Below, one piece after another: positions 62,969 to 64,000 of a stretch of 64,000 nucleotides of DNA. The stretch is taken from contig CAYQRE010000006.1 in assembly GCA_964420075.1 (NCBI GenBank), positions 74,793 to 138,792 on the forward strand, given 5' to 3'. Each line of letters begins with the position of its first letter. Position 1 is the stretch's first letter. The notes under the pieces are model-generated. The model was not told where the DNA came from, searched no databases, and saw only the letters and a program-made list of their open reading frames with translations. The translations under genes were made by a program, and so were the position numbers. Source of the DNA: an uncultured Thermoanaerobaculia bacterium (GTDB taxonomy: Bacteria; Acidobacteriota; Thermoanaerobaculia; Multivoradales; SZUA-115).

Positions 62969-64000
62969 ATGAAGCTGGCTTCAGGGAGCTCGCAAGCGAT
63001 GGGAATCGAGGACACGGACCATCAAACCGCGCCGGAGGCTCAGCCAGAGCCTGTCGATATCAAGGCGCTGCGCGAGCGGCTGGCAGGTGCCGAGGGCCCG
63101 ACCTACTGGCGATCGCTCTCGGAGCTGGCCCGGACCCCGGAGTTCGAAGAGGCCCTCCACCGCGAGCTGCCGCGGTTCGCCGCCGAGTGGCCGCAAGGCC
63201 TGAGCCGGCGCGGCTTCCTCGAGCTCTCCGCCGCTTCGCTGGCTCTCGCCGGTCTCACCGCTTGTACCCGCCAGCCCTCCGAGGCGATCGTCCCCTACGT
63301 CAAGGCGCCGGAAGACATCGTCCTCGGTCGCCCGCTCTACTACGCGACCTCCTACGAGCTTTCCGGCCACGGCTTTGGTCTGCTCGCCGAAGCCCACGAG
63401 GGGCGGCCCACCAAGCTGGAAGGCAATCCGGACCATCCCGCTTCGCAGGGTGCGACGGACGTCTTCGCCCAGGCGGAGATCCTCGCCCTCTACGATCCCG
63501 ATCGCTCGCAGACGGTCACTCACCTCGAGCGGATCACCACCTGGAGCGCCTTCGTCGATGCCCTCAAGGCGCGGCAGACGGCGCTCGCCGCCCTCAACGG
63601 CGACGGGCTACGGATCCTCACTCCCACCGTGGGCTCGCCGACCCTCGGCGCGCAGCTCGCACAGCTCGCCGCCAAGTACCCGAAGGCCGTCTGGCACCAG
63701 TGGGAGGCTGCCGGCCGCCACAGCGCCCGCGCCGCCGCCCAGAGGGCCTTCGGCACCGCCGCCGACACTCGCTATGACCTGAGTCAGGCGGACGTCATCG
63801 TGGCGCTCGAGTCCGACTTCCTCACCGCCGGCGCCGACTGGGTGCGGCACGCCCGTGACTTCGCCCGCCGCCGCCGCGTGAGCGACGACCTGGCGCAGGC
63901 CGAGATGAGCCGCTTCTACTGCGCCGAGGCGAGCCCCTCCGCCTCCGGCGCGCTCGCCGACCATCGCCTTGCGGTGCCGCCGGCCGGCGTGCTGGCGGTG
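62969..64000 (+). CDS. actB: Alternative Complex III subunit ActB (Tat-exported molybdopterin-oxidoreductase-like/Fe-S subunit), partial: runs off the right edge
   Basis: ATG at 62969. Twin-arginine signal 'LSRRGFLELSAASLALAGLTAC'. Open frame to the window end ('…GRPTKLEGNPDHPASQGATDVFAQAEILALYDPDRSQ…'). Not in the ORF track because there is no stop inside the window. Confidence 0.75.
   Translation, partial: MKLASGSSQAMGIEDTDHQTAPEAQPEPVDIKALRERLAGAEGPTYWRSLSELARTPEFEEALHRELPRFAAEWPQGLSRRGFLELSAASLALAGLTACTRQPSEAIVPYVKAPEDIVLGRPLYYATSYELSGHGFGLLAEAHEGRPTKLEGNPDHPASQGATDVFAQAEILALYDPDRSQTVTHLERITTWSAFVDALKARQTALAALNGDGLRILTPTVGSPTLGAQLAQLAAKYPKAVWHQWEAAGRHSARAAAQRAFGTAADTRYDLSQADVIVALESDFLTAGADWVRHARDFARRRRVSDDLAQAEMSRFYCAEASPSASGALADHRLAVPPAGVLAV

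Overview
This is a ~64 kb, high-GC (~70%) chromosomal segment, and most long ORFs in the six-frame track are antisense or off-frame artifacts of the GC bias. About 45 real genes were picked out by recognisable motifs, N-terminal signal peptides and ribosome-binding sites.

The gene content suggests an Acidobacteria-like genome: an ADOP-type duplicated FtsX permease, tandem PDZ–TPR–CHAT lipoproteins, a large FG-GAP repeat protein, and Alternative Complex III genes.

Left to right, the window contains:
- a large Lhr-type helicase that runs off the left edge;
- an ADOP permease, an aquaporin, a lipoprotein and a catalytically dead M1-peptidase-like protein;
- msrP, an S46 dipeptidyl peptidase, and a decayed DUF4143 AAA-ATPase pseudogene carrying a 3×14-bp tandem repeat;
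- a nitroreductase (iodotyrosine-deiodinase-like) plus PLP-decarboxylase operon, then dsbA, holB and tmk;
- two tandem PDZ–TPR–CHAT proteins;
- a minus-strand cluster of membrane protein, halogenase-like flavoprotein, radical SAM enzyme and N-terminally truncated AsnB-like amidotransferase;
- an FG-GAP protein and a lone pntAA (dI domain only);
- a glutathione/peptide module: two OPT transporters flanking a GCS2–CBS fusion, an acyl-CoA synthetase and GGT;
- a rhomboid protease, murB, and small secreted, hydrolase and membrane genes;
- an AT-rich regulatory island with a near-consensus σ54 promoter and an upstream palindrome, driving an operon of an 11-heme c-type cytochrome, a DUF3365 heme lipoprotein and a b-type membrane cytochrome;
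- convergently, a cluster of stand-alone H-NOX, PATAN(DUF4388)–Roadblock/LC7, Roadblock/LC7 and a MinD/ParA-like ATPase;
- cytochrome-oxidase biogenesis genes (DUF420, SCO1, ctaB) interrupted by a BNR β-propeller gene;
- a DUF1003 protein, and actA plus the start of actB of Alternative Complex III, preceded by a perfect CRP-type TGTGA-N6-TCACA site.

No rRNA, intact tRNA, CRISPR array, transposase or integrase was seen. The best candidate for an undescribed system is the H-NOX–Roadblock–PATAN–ParA-like module, placed tail-to-tail with the σ54-controlled multiheme cytochrome/heme-sensor operon.
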